Shown: piece by piece, positions 49,080-61,168 of the stretch
Layout of the letters: each line of letters opens with the position of its first letter
Position numbering within the stretch: position 1 is the stretch's first letter
Assembly (NCBI GenBank): GCA_036630325.1
Contig: CP142735.1
Coordinates: forward strand, 496,001 to 560,000
Length of the DNA stretch: 64,000 nt
Direction of reading: 5' to 3'
Source: Vairimorpha necatrix
Lineage: Eukaryota
Position numbers and translations under genes: made by a program
Notes under the pieces: generated by a model
What the model was told of the DNA's origin: nothing
Seen by the model: only the letters and a program-made list of their open reading frames with translations
Databases searched by the model: none

Positions 49080-49284
49080 TAATATTTATTTTATTTTCCA
49101 CATCATATATTATTTCTTCTATTGTTTCCTTTTGCTTAATATCTTTTTTTTATAAGGCTTGCCAAATTTTCCTTTGTAATCTTTCTATCATACCATTGGA
49201 CTGGTGCATATCTATGGACATTCTATGGTGGGTTACTAACATATTAGACATAAGTTTCTTTACGCCTGTAGCTGTAAATTCCTT

Positions 49285-50348
49285 GGCTAAAATCAGCTTT
49301 AGTGTAAAAAAATGGGGGGTCAAAATTTTTAAAAAATTGCCCCTTTTTTAAAAAACGAAGTAATGCTAAGTAAAGAAGAAATTGAAGATTTTTATGAACA
49401 TCTGCTAAGAAAGAAATATAAATAGAACTGTTCAATTTGTGGCTGGGATATATCTAGAGTATCTAACGAAACATTTTATTTGAGATGTAAATTTCCCAAA
49501 TGCGGCCAAAGATTTTCAATTTGGGATAATACTCTATTTTCAAATAGTAAGATAGATCATATTCTTATGCTGAAAATTGTAAATCTATGGACAATGGGAC
49601 ATAAAATAGCGCATATTTCTAAAATTTTGGACTGTAATATGCAAAATGTAAGTGCTACACTTGAGAAATTATATAAATTAAAAATTTATGAAAAATATAT
49701 AAATAAAACAAAACAAATAGGAGGCGAAAATATCATAGTGGAGATCGACGAAAGTAAAATAGGTAAGAATAAATACCACAGGGGAAAATTAGTTAAAGGA
49801 TTTTGGTGTTTTGGGATGGTAGAAAGAACAACAGAAAAGAAGATAATATTTGTCATAATAAATAAAAGAAACAAGGATACATTGCTGACGATCTTATTTA
49901 AGCATGTAAATTTGAAATCTATCATTCATTCCGATATGTGGAAGGCCTATATAACGTTAAAAAGCCATTACGCGGACCATAGAACTGTAAATCACAGTCA
50001 AACATTTAGAGACAGAGATACAGGTGTGCATACAAACACCATCGAAGGAAATTGGAGGTCTTTAAAAGCCTCTATACCCAATAGGTGTAGAACATATGAA
50101 TCTGCTGAAATATATTTAGTTCTATATATGATTAAAAGAAATGAGAGCGAAGACATCTTCAAAGCATTATTAAAATTATGTTTTTGATATATTTTATTTA
50201 TTTTAAAGTTAAATTCATGCATTTTTATATCTTAATTATATTTTATTTTTTTTCTGAAGTTTTCTCTTCCCTTCGTTTTTTAAAAAAAGGGGCAATTTTT
50301 TAAAAATTTTGACCCCCCATTTTTTTTACACTAAAGCTGATTTTAGCT
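49285..50348 (+). mobile_element. Merlin (ISXO2-like) transposon, largely intact C-terminal transposase ORF 49480-50187
   Basis: 8-bp TSD AATTCCTT (49277-49284, 50349-50356); about 75-bp TIRs GGCTAAAATCAGCTTTAGTGT...; VEIDESK, IHSDMWKAY, VNHS, HTNTIEGNW. Confidence 0.95.
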
Positions 50349-52052
50349 AATTCCTTTTCATTGTCTGTAATAATTTTCTCTGGAACTCCCATTTCTTGAA
50401 ATAGTTTGTTTTTTAATTCGCACAAACGCTAGCTTTCTTTGATTTTGAGGGGTTTATCATACATCTACGTGTAAAGTAATCTATACAAGTCATAAGTGTC
50501 GTCTTCTGGTCAATAAACATTAGATCCATTCCCAATATTTCTAATGGTCTTTTTGTTTCTACAAATTTTTCACCTCCTAAGCTTTTTTGATCGTTTCGGA
50601 CACATGATTCACAATTTTTATATAATTTGTTATTGATTCTGTCATTTTTGGCCAATAATAGTTCTTTTTGATTTCGTAGTCAGGACACTTATTCTACCAT
50701 GCACTGTGTTTACTTCGTGTGTCTGTTTAAAATATCTTTTCTTTCGAGAACTTCAAGGAAATATCTAATTTCATTTTCATTTACTTTATAGTACCACTTC
50801 CCATCAAAAGCGATTAATACGTTTTTATTTTTAGTTCTAAGTTCTTCTACTCCTTTGGATCCTCATAAATCCTGCTGATTGCATCGGCGTCTATTAGTTC
50901 TTTGCCTTTTCGATATTCAATTTCAAAATCGTAATCCTGTAATTTTTCTCTCATTCGTTCTTGTCGTAAATTTTCAAAAATGTGTTTTTCTTTCATTGAT
51001 AAAATGCATAATGATCTGTTATTATTTTGTCTTTCTTCCTCGTAGATAATAATCAAAGTGATCAATACTCCAAGCCATCGCCAAAAATTCATTTTCTGTA
51101 ATTCCGTATTTTTTCTCGTCATCTTTCATTTTGATTAATGTCCAATCCACTACTGCAATTTCGTTATTGTGCTCTTGTTGTAGGCATGCACCGATTCCTG
51201 TATTTGATGCGTCGGTGGACAGTATAAAGAGTTTGTTGTAGTCGGGGATATGTCTAGCAATCTTACTGTTGATTCTTTCTTTAATAATACCAAATGCTTT
51301 TTGTTGCTCTTCCTTCCATATAAACTTATTCTTCTTTTTAAGTAATTCATAAAGAGGAGCAGATATTGTAGCTAGGTTTGAGATAAATCTTCTGTAATAA
51401 TTAGCTAATCCTAGAAATCGTTGTACCTCATTAATTGTGGTAGGTACTTTAAAATCTAATACCTTTTTTTGATGTTGTTCTATTGGATATTGTTTCTTTC
51501 CATCGATCATCATTCCTAATAATTTAATAGTTTCTTGTTTAAATTGTAATTTAGTTGGGTAAACCTTGAAGTTGTTTTTTTCAAGTATCGTCAAAACATT
51601 GATAAGATTTTTATCATGTTCGTCTTCTCTCGTTCCAAAAATCATTATGTCGTCTAAATAGACGCAGCAAGCAGTTTCGAGGTGGTTTTCTAGTAATTTA
51701 ACCATGATCACTTGAAACATACCAGGTGAATTCTTAAATCCTTGTGGCATCCGTGTGTATTGATATAGTTTATTTTTAAAATAAAAGCGGTTTTATATTT
51801 ATGTTTCGGTTTCAGGTGTATCTGATAGTAGGCATCTGTCATATCTATAACTGTAAAAAATCTTTTGCCTCGCGTGGCATCTACTTTATTTCGAATTACC
51901 GGTATTGGAAGTTATTATCTTCAACTAGGTTATTCAAAAATTGCATATTGTTAATGATTCTAACCGTACCATCTGGTTTTAATACTGGTCTTATGTGATT
52001 ACACAAAGCTGGCGTCGAAAATTCTATATATCCTTGTTCTAATAGTTTATAT

Positions 52053-52075
52053 CGGGGGTCGGCAACCTTTTTGAA
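52053..52075 (+). mobile_element. Orphan hAT-like terminal sequence truncating the Gypsy RT
   Basis: CGGGGGTCGGCAACCTTTT resembles Charlie/Buster TIRs and coincides with the end of pol homology; partner end not found. Confidence 0.45.
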
Positions 52076-52529
52076 ATAAAGTTCGAAATGAACAATTTCA
52101 AAATCTTAAAACGAAAAACGGGCTTAAGCTCAAAAAAATATTTAAGAAAATTAAAATAAATGCTCTGTAAATCTATTTAAAAAAAACATTTTGTAGCGGA
52201 TAAGACGATTATGATTTTTTTCAGTATTTTTTAAAGATAGGCATCTTAAACAAGTATAAATTTTATATTAAAACGAAAATTATAATTAAATTTTTTACAA
52301 GAGTTTTCTTAAGTAATTAAAAGAATCGAAAAAAAATAAATTTAATCGTTTTATATAGATTTAATAGACATTGTTTTGACAAGAATGCGAAGCATATTTC
52401 TCTATAATTACTTTGAAAAGAGGTTTAAATTTTGTTTTCGATTAAATCTCGAAGAAATAATAAAAATTGTCTACGTGTAGAGAAATATTAAGAAACAATA
52501 CTTTTTAATGAGAAACTTGATTTTGCATG

Positions 52530-53070
52530 TCATCTGCAATTTAGTCATAATTAATGATATAAGATAAATTAAGAATAAACACGACGATAAAACGGACATC
52601 AAGATCAAATATGATAAACCTGATATTGTCGCAGTAGATAAAAAGAATAAATTGATCAGAATAATCAAAATAGGTGTCACATAACAAGAGATTTACAGCA
52701 AGTAGAAAACGATAAGTTAAGAAAGTATGATGTCCTTGCAAACGAACTGTGCCTAATATATGGTTTTAAAACAGAAATAATTCCCTACGTAATCACTTGG
52801 GACGGTATAGTGACTAAGTTTCACAAATCTTATACCACAAGACTTGAAATCCCTAAGAAGGTAGAAGCGTACATCCAGATGATCACGCTAAAGAAGACGC
52901 TAGAAAGCATTTCTCTGGACTACCGAAGGAGAGGAGACGAAGCCGATGTGTAAAGGACTATGGAGCCACAAAGCTATCTACAAGCAGGAGACGCTAACGC
53001 GGAATCTACCCTTGTTAAACTATAAATATAAACTACAATAAGCATACCCTAATTAAATTCATATATTTTA
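52530..53070 (+). mobile_element. 5'-truncated RLE-type LINE (endonuclease and 3' UTR)
   Basis: KPDIVAVDKK, KLRKYDVLANEL, IIPYVITWDGIVTK, LKKTLESISLDY. Confidence 0.88.
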
Positions 53071-54102
53071 ACAATAAAAGAAATGTAACAATTATGTGGT
53101 AGGATACCACACATATTTACAAAGAATCTAGTTTTAATTTTACGGCCCTTTCCGATGTTTTAAATTTCCTAACTACTTATTTATGATTGTTTCCTCAATA
53201 CATTATCAAATACAAACTTAATGGCAAATTTTGACCATTACAAGTGCGTATTACATAGATCAATATAATTTTATATTAATAATTATTTTATGATTTTAGT
53301 TTCAAATATCTTCAGAATCTTTTCATTTTAACTTTGAACCTTCAAAAAATGACAACAATAAAAAAAGTGAACACTAAATATAACAAATTAATTTAAAGGT
53401 GTTTAAAATTATATCCTTGATTTTGAAGAACCCATATAGGAGCACAACCTAGCAAATATAATCCAATTAGATTAATAAAATTTTTATCTGTTTGTAAGTG
53501 GTTGATTTGTCCATTATAATAAAGCATTTTAGCATTCCTGGTGAAGTATCAAAAGGATATAAATTGTCAGTGTTAGGGCAGTTGAGTCTTGATTTTTATA
53601 TTGTGAGAGGAAGGCTCATCTTAAAAAAAAAATTTATTTTATGTAATAGAACAGTCGAAGGGGGGGGGAGTTCCAAAATATAAATTATAAAGAAATATAG
53701 AAACCCCTTTTGTGGTATTTTAATACCACAGATTTTTAAAACTACTTTTAGATCGACTTTACTGTTTTATATATCACTTAAAATTGATATTTGATCTTGT
53801 ACTCAAAAATTCTTCTTTATTAAGGCTAAATAAACAAATGAATAAAGAAAATATACTTAACAAATGTATTAAACAAATACATATGTTCCCGTTTGTAACA
53901 ACAGGGAACATACGCTCAATTTTATAAAAAAAATAAATAACATAAAAAATTACAGAACACCTACATACTTAGTTACAATTATTTTCCCTTTCAATGTTTT
54001 CCTCCACAACTTCTGTAAAAAAATCCCATAAAGTACACATACCAAAAATAAACCTACGAAAAATGATCGGGGTGTCAATTATAAAATTCATTTCTGACTG
54101 TT

Positions 54103-54425
54103 TCATGCCTTTAACTTTTTTGTCGTATTCTTCCTTACTAATTTTTTGCCCATAATTAAATCTTTTGCATGTTTCATGAAGAATTGAACCTTAGGGGGAA
54201 TATAAAAGAGGTAATCTGCTTTAACTCTAATCCCGTCTGTAATTATTTTTACATGGCCTTTTTGTGTTATAAGACACTTTTCAAATAAAGCGTTATCTTT
54301 AAGTATAGATCTCAAATTATTTACTTTGCTCTCTAAATTTGCTATACTTTTTTCAGCATTTGCATTTTGAAAAAATGACTGTTACTCTCTTCTACACTTA
54401 TGAAGATCAAACTAAAAAAAAACAT
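54103..54425 (-). pseudogene. Frameshifted paralogue of the 105-aa protein at 34950
   Basis: Shared TATCC-ATG-TTT start context and KGHVK(M/I)ITDGIRVK...KVQFFM.HAK. Confidence 0.8.
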
Positions 54426-55389
54426 GGATAGATCAATTTTTGTCGTAGTAAATTTTATATATAATACGAATCATTTAATTAATAAGATATACATTTGACA
54501 AAACATAAACAAATTTACATTCGCTCTACGTTTTCTAAAATTTTTTAGTTGTGTGTTTGCATGATACGATATGTGCAGTATGCTACGCAAACAAAATATA
54601 AAACTGATATATATTATGTAAAATTAATTTATTTTTGCTTTTTTTTTGTTTAAGTGATGTTTATGGGATGGTATATGACCGATTTTAGGAAGATGTAATC
54701 TAATTATGACTTTTTGAAAGTTATATACAAAAAAAACATCAATAGTTGTCTCAAGTTCAACTCATCAGAGGAAAATCAATATTTAAATTTTTTTGGTACT
54801 CATATTTTACTAACCTTCGTTGAATGACACTCATAATTTGTTATTTTCTATACAGAAGTTTATCAGCATAGTTTTTAATATAATCAAAATAACGGATAAA
54901 TGGTTATAATGACATACACACGACATTGGTGTTTTTGTCAAAAAATCATATAAAAAACCCAATAAAAATACCATAATATCTATGTCATTTCACTATATAA
55001 ATTTAATGTGGCTCTTTGATAATAGGAATATAAGTATTGCATCGACAAAAAAACAAATAGTATGATGTGTTTTGGGCCCATTTAAACTTTTGCCCATATA
55101 TAAATAAAAGCGCTATATTACTTTGTATTAACAGCTAATTATTATATCCATTCTGATATTTGGTACTTATGAACTTCTTTACATCCTTGCTAGAGATTTA
55201 AAGGTGTATTTCACTTTTTTGCGTTACCTTTAAGTTTTAACATCTTGTTGACCGTGTAAGAGAAATTGTAAACCCTCATATAGGGTTTTTAGAATGACGC
55301 TGGTCATATTTTGATGGCACTATAATGTATGTATTCTTTTTAAATCCCATTATATTGCCTACCAGCGAATGAATTGAGCTTAAAATAAA

Positions 55390-55655
55390 AATTTAAGGTT
55401 CAAATAATACCATACGTTAGAACGTGGAACGTAATTATGACAACATTGCAAATTTATGTTAATGCCATCGCCCTATCGACTAGTATAAGCCTACATCAAA
55501 ATTAGAGTTATAAAGAGGGCAAAAGGGAGCATCATATTTGGACACCGACAGGTACTCGACGAGGAAGAATCCGGAACCAAGAACATTGTAAAGGCAGCCA
55601 AAATGTGGTGTGACCAGATAGAGCGCGTGGCAGTGGAGGTAATCTATAAAAATAA
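55390..55655 (+). mobile_element. 5'-truncated RLE-LINE 3' fragment, same subfamily as 2962-3790
   Basis: Shares GTTCAAATAAT.CCATACGT, GGAACCAAGAA and TGGTGTGACCAGATAGAG.GCG.GGCA with 3515-3765. Confidence 0.8.
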
Positions 55656-57856
55656 TCTAAAAAAGCTATAATATAGAATTTATATCCAAGAAACCGCAGT
55701 ACCATGCGCAACACAATCTGACTTTGTATTCAAAATGACCAATTACAATTTATTCTATATGCTTTCCATAGTTTAAGAAAGTACAAGTGCAGTGCAAAAT
55801 TCTAAATGCTTCTAGTTATTTTTTAGGCATAGATCGTCAGTTTCCCTCGATTATTAAAAATTTCGCAAATGCAACCCACACCAACCTCCACATGGGCAAA
55901 CGCCGATGTTGGCTTTTAATCTTTCAAAGGTTTCCTTTCATGTTACAGGATTCGGTAAGAAGAATTCCACGAGACTATTGACTCCAATTCGTAGCTCCCT
56001 TTCTAAGCTCATAAAATATTGCCAGAAATTCTAGACAAATACTTGTGTTGAACATTTAGTTTTTTACGTGTACCAAATAACAGTTAGCCGATGCACAACA
56101 ATATAAATCAAGTAGGATGAAAAAATTTTAAACAAGTTTGGTTCAAATGCTAAAGATACTGACACATGAAAGTATAGAAATTCGACTCACTTTTTTATTT
56201 GTTGTTTCTAATGGATGTAAATAATTGATACAACCTCATTAGTTGTGTTACCGGGTGTGTTTCACACGCCAATAATCAGACTAAAAATGAAAGATGAAAC
56301 AAATCATATTGATCTGAAACATGATAGTTTTAGATTTGAAACTAAAATTATTTAAGGAATCTTAAAAAGAACAAATATGCCAAATAAATATAGTTCTTCT
56401 TCAGATAAAAAGCCTTCTTAAATAGCCAGCTCTCCTTCTGGTAACAAATTGTTATGAAAAAGCCATTGGAGTTTAAAAGCCTATAAACAAAACAAATATT
56501 AGAGAAATGTGGCTAAATTTTTTTAAAAAACAATTTCTTAACTGCAACACAGTTGTGAATCCTCTTTTATTGTACAAATGATAAATAAAAGTACCAAAAT
56601 CGTGCTTTTTGCAGAGCTTGAGAATGACTATGAATATAGGACTTAGATGTTGTAATATCATTACATTAAAATTATCAACCCCATGGTTAGTAAAACTTAA
56701 GCCATTTGAGCATATAAAAATTTTTCTATAATTTTAGATACTAAAAACAAAAAAATTTATGCAATGGATTTTTGTTGTAATAGTAGAAGAATGAAAACTA
56801 TCCAGATTGAAGACGCGTTTTAGGCGTATAATCAAAAAACGTACAACAGAAGAAAACGACACCTTGGAACAACGTGATTAGTTTGAGGTATAGAAGCGAG
56901 GAAAACGACTTTGTACTAAAATTCCACTAATATAATTATACAGGAAAAGCAGAGCTTTAGGGAACTGGAATTTTTATTTAAAAAAGCTTTGGCCTTTGTC
57001 TTTACGTCCTGTTGTTCATGACTTCCGATCTGTTCCTGAATGCGCAAGTCATGTTGCTTGCTTTATTGATGAACTAGGTCAACAGATTAAAAAACATAAA
57101 ATTTTTAAAGTCATTTAAAGAATAAATATAAAATAAGAATAGAAACCAGCTGAATATATATTTACGAGCTCTAATACAAAACATTAATACTTATAGAAAT
57201 TTACGATTTTTAATGCTTGGATTTCCATGAAAAACTTTTGCTATATTAATGATTTATTTGTTTTTCGAACCATAATAAATGCGAAAAATTTGACTTATTT
57301 GTTTATATGATTTTTTTATGTATTTTGCCTCAAACACCATAATTTTAAGATAAAATAGATTTTGTATTTAGTATAACAAGCACTTAATGTGAGCAAATTT
57401 TTTCTACTATTTTAAAAGGCCAGGCCTTGCCTAAATGTGCAAATTTTATTTTTGAAATGTTTTTGTTATAAATCAAATATTTGAATTTACAATTCATGAA
57501 TTAAAACCCCTTAACTTACAATTATCTTTAACAGGGCATCTTTCGTACAAGTTTTTTTTTAAAATTCCAAAAAAACTATTATAATATTAAATTTTATTTA
57601 TACTACAAAAAATACTTGAAAAGTAGCCTAAAAGGATAGAATGCTTTTTAATACCCAGTGTTCGCATTCTCTAAACTTTCTTCAAATTTAACTTTTAAAA
57701 ATTTAAGCAATAAAATTTTCTTTATAGTAAAAATAATATTCTCCATTTATAAGATTAGGTTTTATATTCACAGAGCTGGTTACCAAAATATTAATCTATT
57801 TTTTTTATAACATCTAATTTGGATTCCGACTAATTAATTAAATAAAGATTATTTAT

Positions 57857-59573
57857 TGTCACAGTTCGGAGCAAACCCCAGGGGTAAAAAATTAAAAAAA
57901 AATCTCTTCAGTGAGGATCGAACCAAAAAATAAGAACAAATTAATGTTCGTCTCAAATGATAACCAAAGTTTTGTCTTAATTTTTTGAGGGGTAAATTTT
58001 TGCTATTTTTTTTATAATAATGGGAGGGAATAGCGAAAAACTGGAGAAAAATAAAATAAACAAAATTTTTAGTACTTAATTCATTACCAAGCAACCTTAG
58101 ATCTCTAGTACTTATTTCTTCTATTATAATTTTATTATCATCTTCTTTGCATAATTTTACTTTATTAAATTATATTACGTCTCTTAAAATATAGACTTCA
58201 GCATCTAAATGTTCATAAAGAGAATGTCTTCGGGTATTTACGTTGTTGTCCAAGTAAGATCTTATAAGGACTCTATCTCCTATTTTAAATTCTAAGAAAT
58301 CATTTCTCCACATACTTCTTTGTACCATTCTATCTGCAGCAGTTTGTGTATGAATTCTAGCTGCATCATGATAAATTTCATTTAAAAAAAGGTTTGTGTT
58401 ATTAAGAGCATAGAGTTGCTGTATTTCTTCATTTGTATTGCCATCTAGAACATCTGATAAACTTTCCTCAGCTATTTCTTCTTCCTCTAACTCTTGTTCG
58501 TAATTTTCGCTATTAATCGATTCTAGAATACCCGTGATTCTAGACTCGTTCATTATGTCCCTAATGGGTCTACCAAACATTAAAGAGCATGGTGTTTGTC
58601 TCGTAGTAGAGTGTCTTAAATTATTATATGGCCAGATAACTTCTTCACGTACTTTGGTCCATTGACCCAAAATATTTTTTGTCCTGAGAGTAGATGCAAT
58701 CATTCACTTTATTTCTTGATTGCATCTTTCTATCTGTCCTTGTATCCATAAACTTATAGCTCTCCCTTACGTGTCTTATTTCATATTTCTGACATAAATC
58801 GACGGTGTTTAATTTACAAATTCTCTGCCATTATCAGTATGAAGTATAAAACAAGAATCAAAAAGTCTAAACAATGTTTCAAAGGCATTTTCCACACTAA
58901 TACCTGTTTTGTCATATAGTGGTACCGTCCAACAAAATTTGGTAAAAGAATCTACAATATACAATAACCATTTATATCCATCATTAAGATCGTGATATAG
59001 CCGGAGATCAATCAAGTCTGCAACATATCTTTCTCTTGAATACTTTGCTACAATTGGTCTAGTAGCTGGTCTAGTTACTAGATTTCTCTTTGATTGACAT
59101 ATATCACAGCTTTTTAAGAACCTCTGGATATCTTTTTGTGTTGCGTTGTAGACTTTTGTTTGCAATAATGGAAACAATCTGTCCCGCATGCCCATATGAG
59201 ACATGGATTAATTTGATATAATCGATTTTATATCGTTGCTCGTTGGTGGTAAAGAATCTTAATGATCTATATAGACTTACTTTAAATCTCACCGTGAGCT
59301 CTGTGATACCGTCAATTATATCCTCAAAAAGGATAAATTTTTGTGCCTTTTTCCTGAAAGCATCTCGTTCTTGTTTTTCTACCAACCTTGTTGGAACAAT
59401 ACCAGTCTGTAAAAAGATAAAAACTTCTTGTCTTTCATTGTTATTCAATTTTATTTTTATGCTTTTTAAATTAAAGAAACCTTAAATATAAATTAAAAAT
59501 AAACACCAACTTTTTTAATTTTTTACCCTTCTCAAGTAAGCATTTCCCCTTGCGTCCGCTCCGAACGGTGACA
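57857..59573 (-). mobile_element. Ginger-like DNA transposon (Gypsy-type integrase between TIRs), frameshifted
   Basis: TIR TGTCAC(A/C)GTTCGGAGC; TSD TTTAT (57852-57856, 59574-59578); H...CDIC zinc finger, DLIDL, VDSFTKF, LHTDNGREF, QGQIER; no RT or gag; empty site near 37680. Confidence 0.88.
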
Positions 59574-59866
59574 TTTATTAATATAAATTGTAATTTTGGT
59601 TTTATATTTTTAAGTTAAGCACAAATAAGAAACATCGGTTAATATAAACTTTGTCGTTATTATTATATTTTATAAGTTATTTAAAGAAAGATGTGTGTTT
59701 AATAAGGATTGTGATTGAAGACTATGAAAGATGCTTTATTTTTCATTATAAAAAAATAGGACTTTGTGCAAAATAACTTAATTGAGTTTAGAAAATGTTA
59801 TAAGATATTTTTAGTTAACATAAATTGTAGAAAAAGATTATTAATACACAAATAACTTAAAATTCT

Positions 59867-61168
59867 TTATTTAATTTTATAGTAAACGGTGATCAACATC
59901 ACTGAATTAACGAATCCCAAAGCCAGCAAGCCCCAAATGAACATGTTGGTATGTCCATCGTCGCCTTTACTTGGCTGCTTATTATCATCATTTTTGGAGG
60001 GTTCGAGATTTTTTTTAGGTGGATTAGGTCCGCCGCCATTGATAGAAGAAGTTGGTCCACCGCTATTGATAGGTGGGTTGGGTTCACCACTAGCCAAGGA
60101 ACTCGAAGGATTGTTTCCTTCACTCTTACTAGTCAAATTCTCATGAACCGCCTTGCTTGCACTGCTTTCGCCACTATCACTAATAACATGAACATCTGAA
60201 GGGTTGGTCTCTTGTTGGCTATTATCTGGGTTTACAGTTTCGCCAGTCGCATCCTTTAATTCTTTTTCAGTAACACCAGGGTTACTCCCCTCTGTTTCTT
60301 TTGTAGGGTTCTCCTGAATTGTTTGACCACTAGTAGTATTTGGGTTACCTTTATCAGCATTTTCTGGAGCGGGGTTAGATGCATCACTTTTGGAAGAAGA
60401 TTCTGAACCACTCCCTTCTTCTTTTTTGGCATTAACAGCCGCTTGATCGATAGCGCCAGAAGAAGTTTGTTCAATTTCTCCTTGTTCCTCTTTTTTTGGG
60501 GGATCAGTTGCAGGCGCTCTTTGAGAAGATTCTAAACAACTCACTTCTTCTTCATTGGCATTAACAGCCGCTTGATCGATAGCGCCAGGAGAAGTTTGTT
60601 TAGTTTCCCCTTGTTTCTCTTTTTGGGGAGGATCATTTGCAGTAACACTTTGAGAATCTTTAGTTTGCTCTCCAGTAACACTTTGAGAAGATCCAGTTTG
60701 CTCTCCAGCAGGAATTTGAGAAGATCCAGTTTGCTTTCCTGGTTCACTTGCACCAGACTCTATATTTTCATTTGGCGTTTTGTCTGTTCGGGATTGTTTC
60801 TCTCCACTGACATCAACGGCTTGTTGTTCTCCAGTCTGTTGATTTTTTGAGCTTTGAGGAGAAAGAGACACTGCTTGTTCAAAAACCTTTTGATCCGCAT
60901 TTAGAATTACAACTCCCTCTACTATAACTTCGGGGTTATTACCAAGCAAATTTGGTTCACCATTTCTTGCTTCTTCTTTTTGTTCATTGGCAAAATTGTT
61001 ATCAGAAAGTTCAGTAGGCGGGTTGACTGAACTATCATTAGGTGGTTGATTAAGATTTGATTCAGTCGCATTTTCATCACTTTTCTTATTACTCGTATTA
61101 GTTATTTCTTGATCCTGTTGATCTGGGTTAGTTGCTAAAGATAGACTCAGTAAGAACAAGATATTCAT
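59867..61168 (-). CDS. 433-aa low-complexity putative surface protein, paralogue of 37973-39214
   Basis: Identical MNILFLLSLSLA start; near-identical C-terminal TM; 43-aa and 11-aa internal repeats; CCCC upstream. Confidence 0.9.
   Translation of the reverse strand: MNILFLLSLSLATNPDQQDQEITNTSNKKSDENATESNLNQPPNDSSVNPPTELSDNNFANEQKEEARNGEPNLLGNNPEVIVEGVVILNADQKVFEQAVSLSPQSSKNQQTGEQQAVDVSGEKQSRTDKTPNENIESGASEPGKQTGSSQIPAGEQTGSSQSVTGEQTKDSQSVTANDPPQKEKQGETKQTSPGAIDQAAVNANEEEVSCLESSQRAPATDPPKKEEQGEIEQTSSGAIDQAAVNAKKEEGSGSESSSKSDASNPAPENADKGNPNTTSGQTIQENPTKETEGSNPGVTEKELKDATGETVNPDNSQQETNPSDVHVISDSGESSASKAVHENLTSKSEGNNPSSSLASGEPNPPINSGGPTSSINGGGPNPPKKNLEPSKNDDNKQPSKGDDGHTNMFIWGLLALGFVNSVMLITVYYKIK

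Larger units (their letters stand above)
47195..52050 (-). mobile_element. Decayed Gypsy pol (RT-RNase H-integrase) interrupted by pogo and Merlin insertions
   Basis: MPQGFKNSP, YLDD, QRFLGLANYYRRFI, STDASNTGIG, ADAISR, CESC, IDYFTR, ITDNEKEF (split by Merlin); no LTRs recognised. Confidence 0.9.

Noticed and set aside
56760-57090. GC-richer stretch that might be a TE or gene remnant
   Set aside because: No motif, terminal repeat or sustained ORF recognised
5126-60850. Many antisense ORFs over real genes (e.g. 5126-5470, 14140-14685, 41992-42468, 37995-38294)
   Set aside because: Shadow frames of Lys/Glu/Asn-rich coding sequence with no independent features
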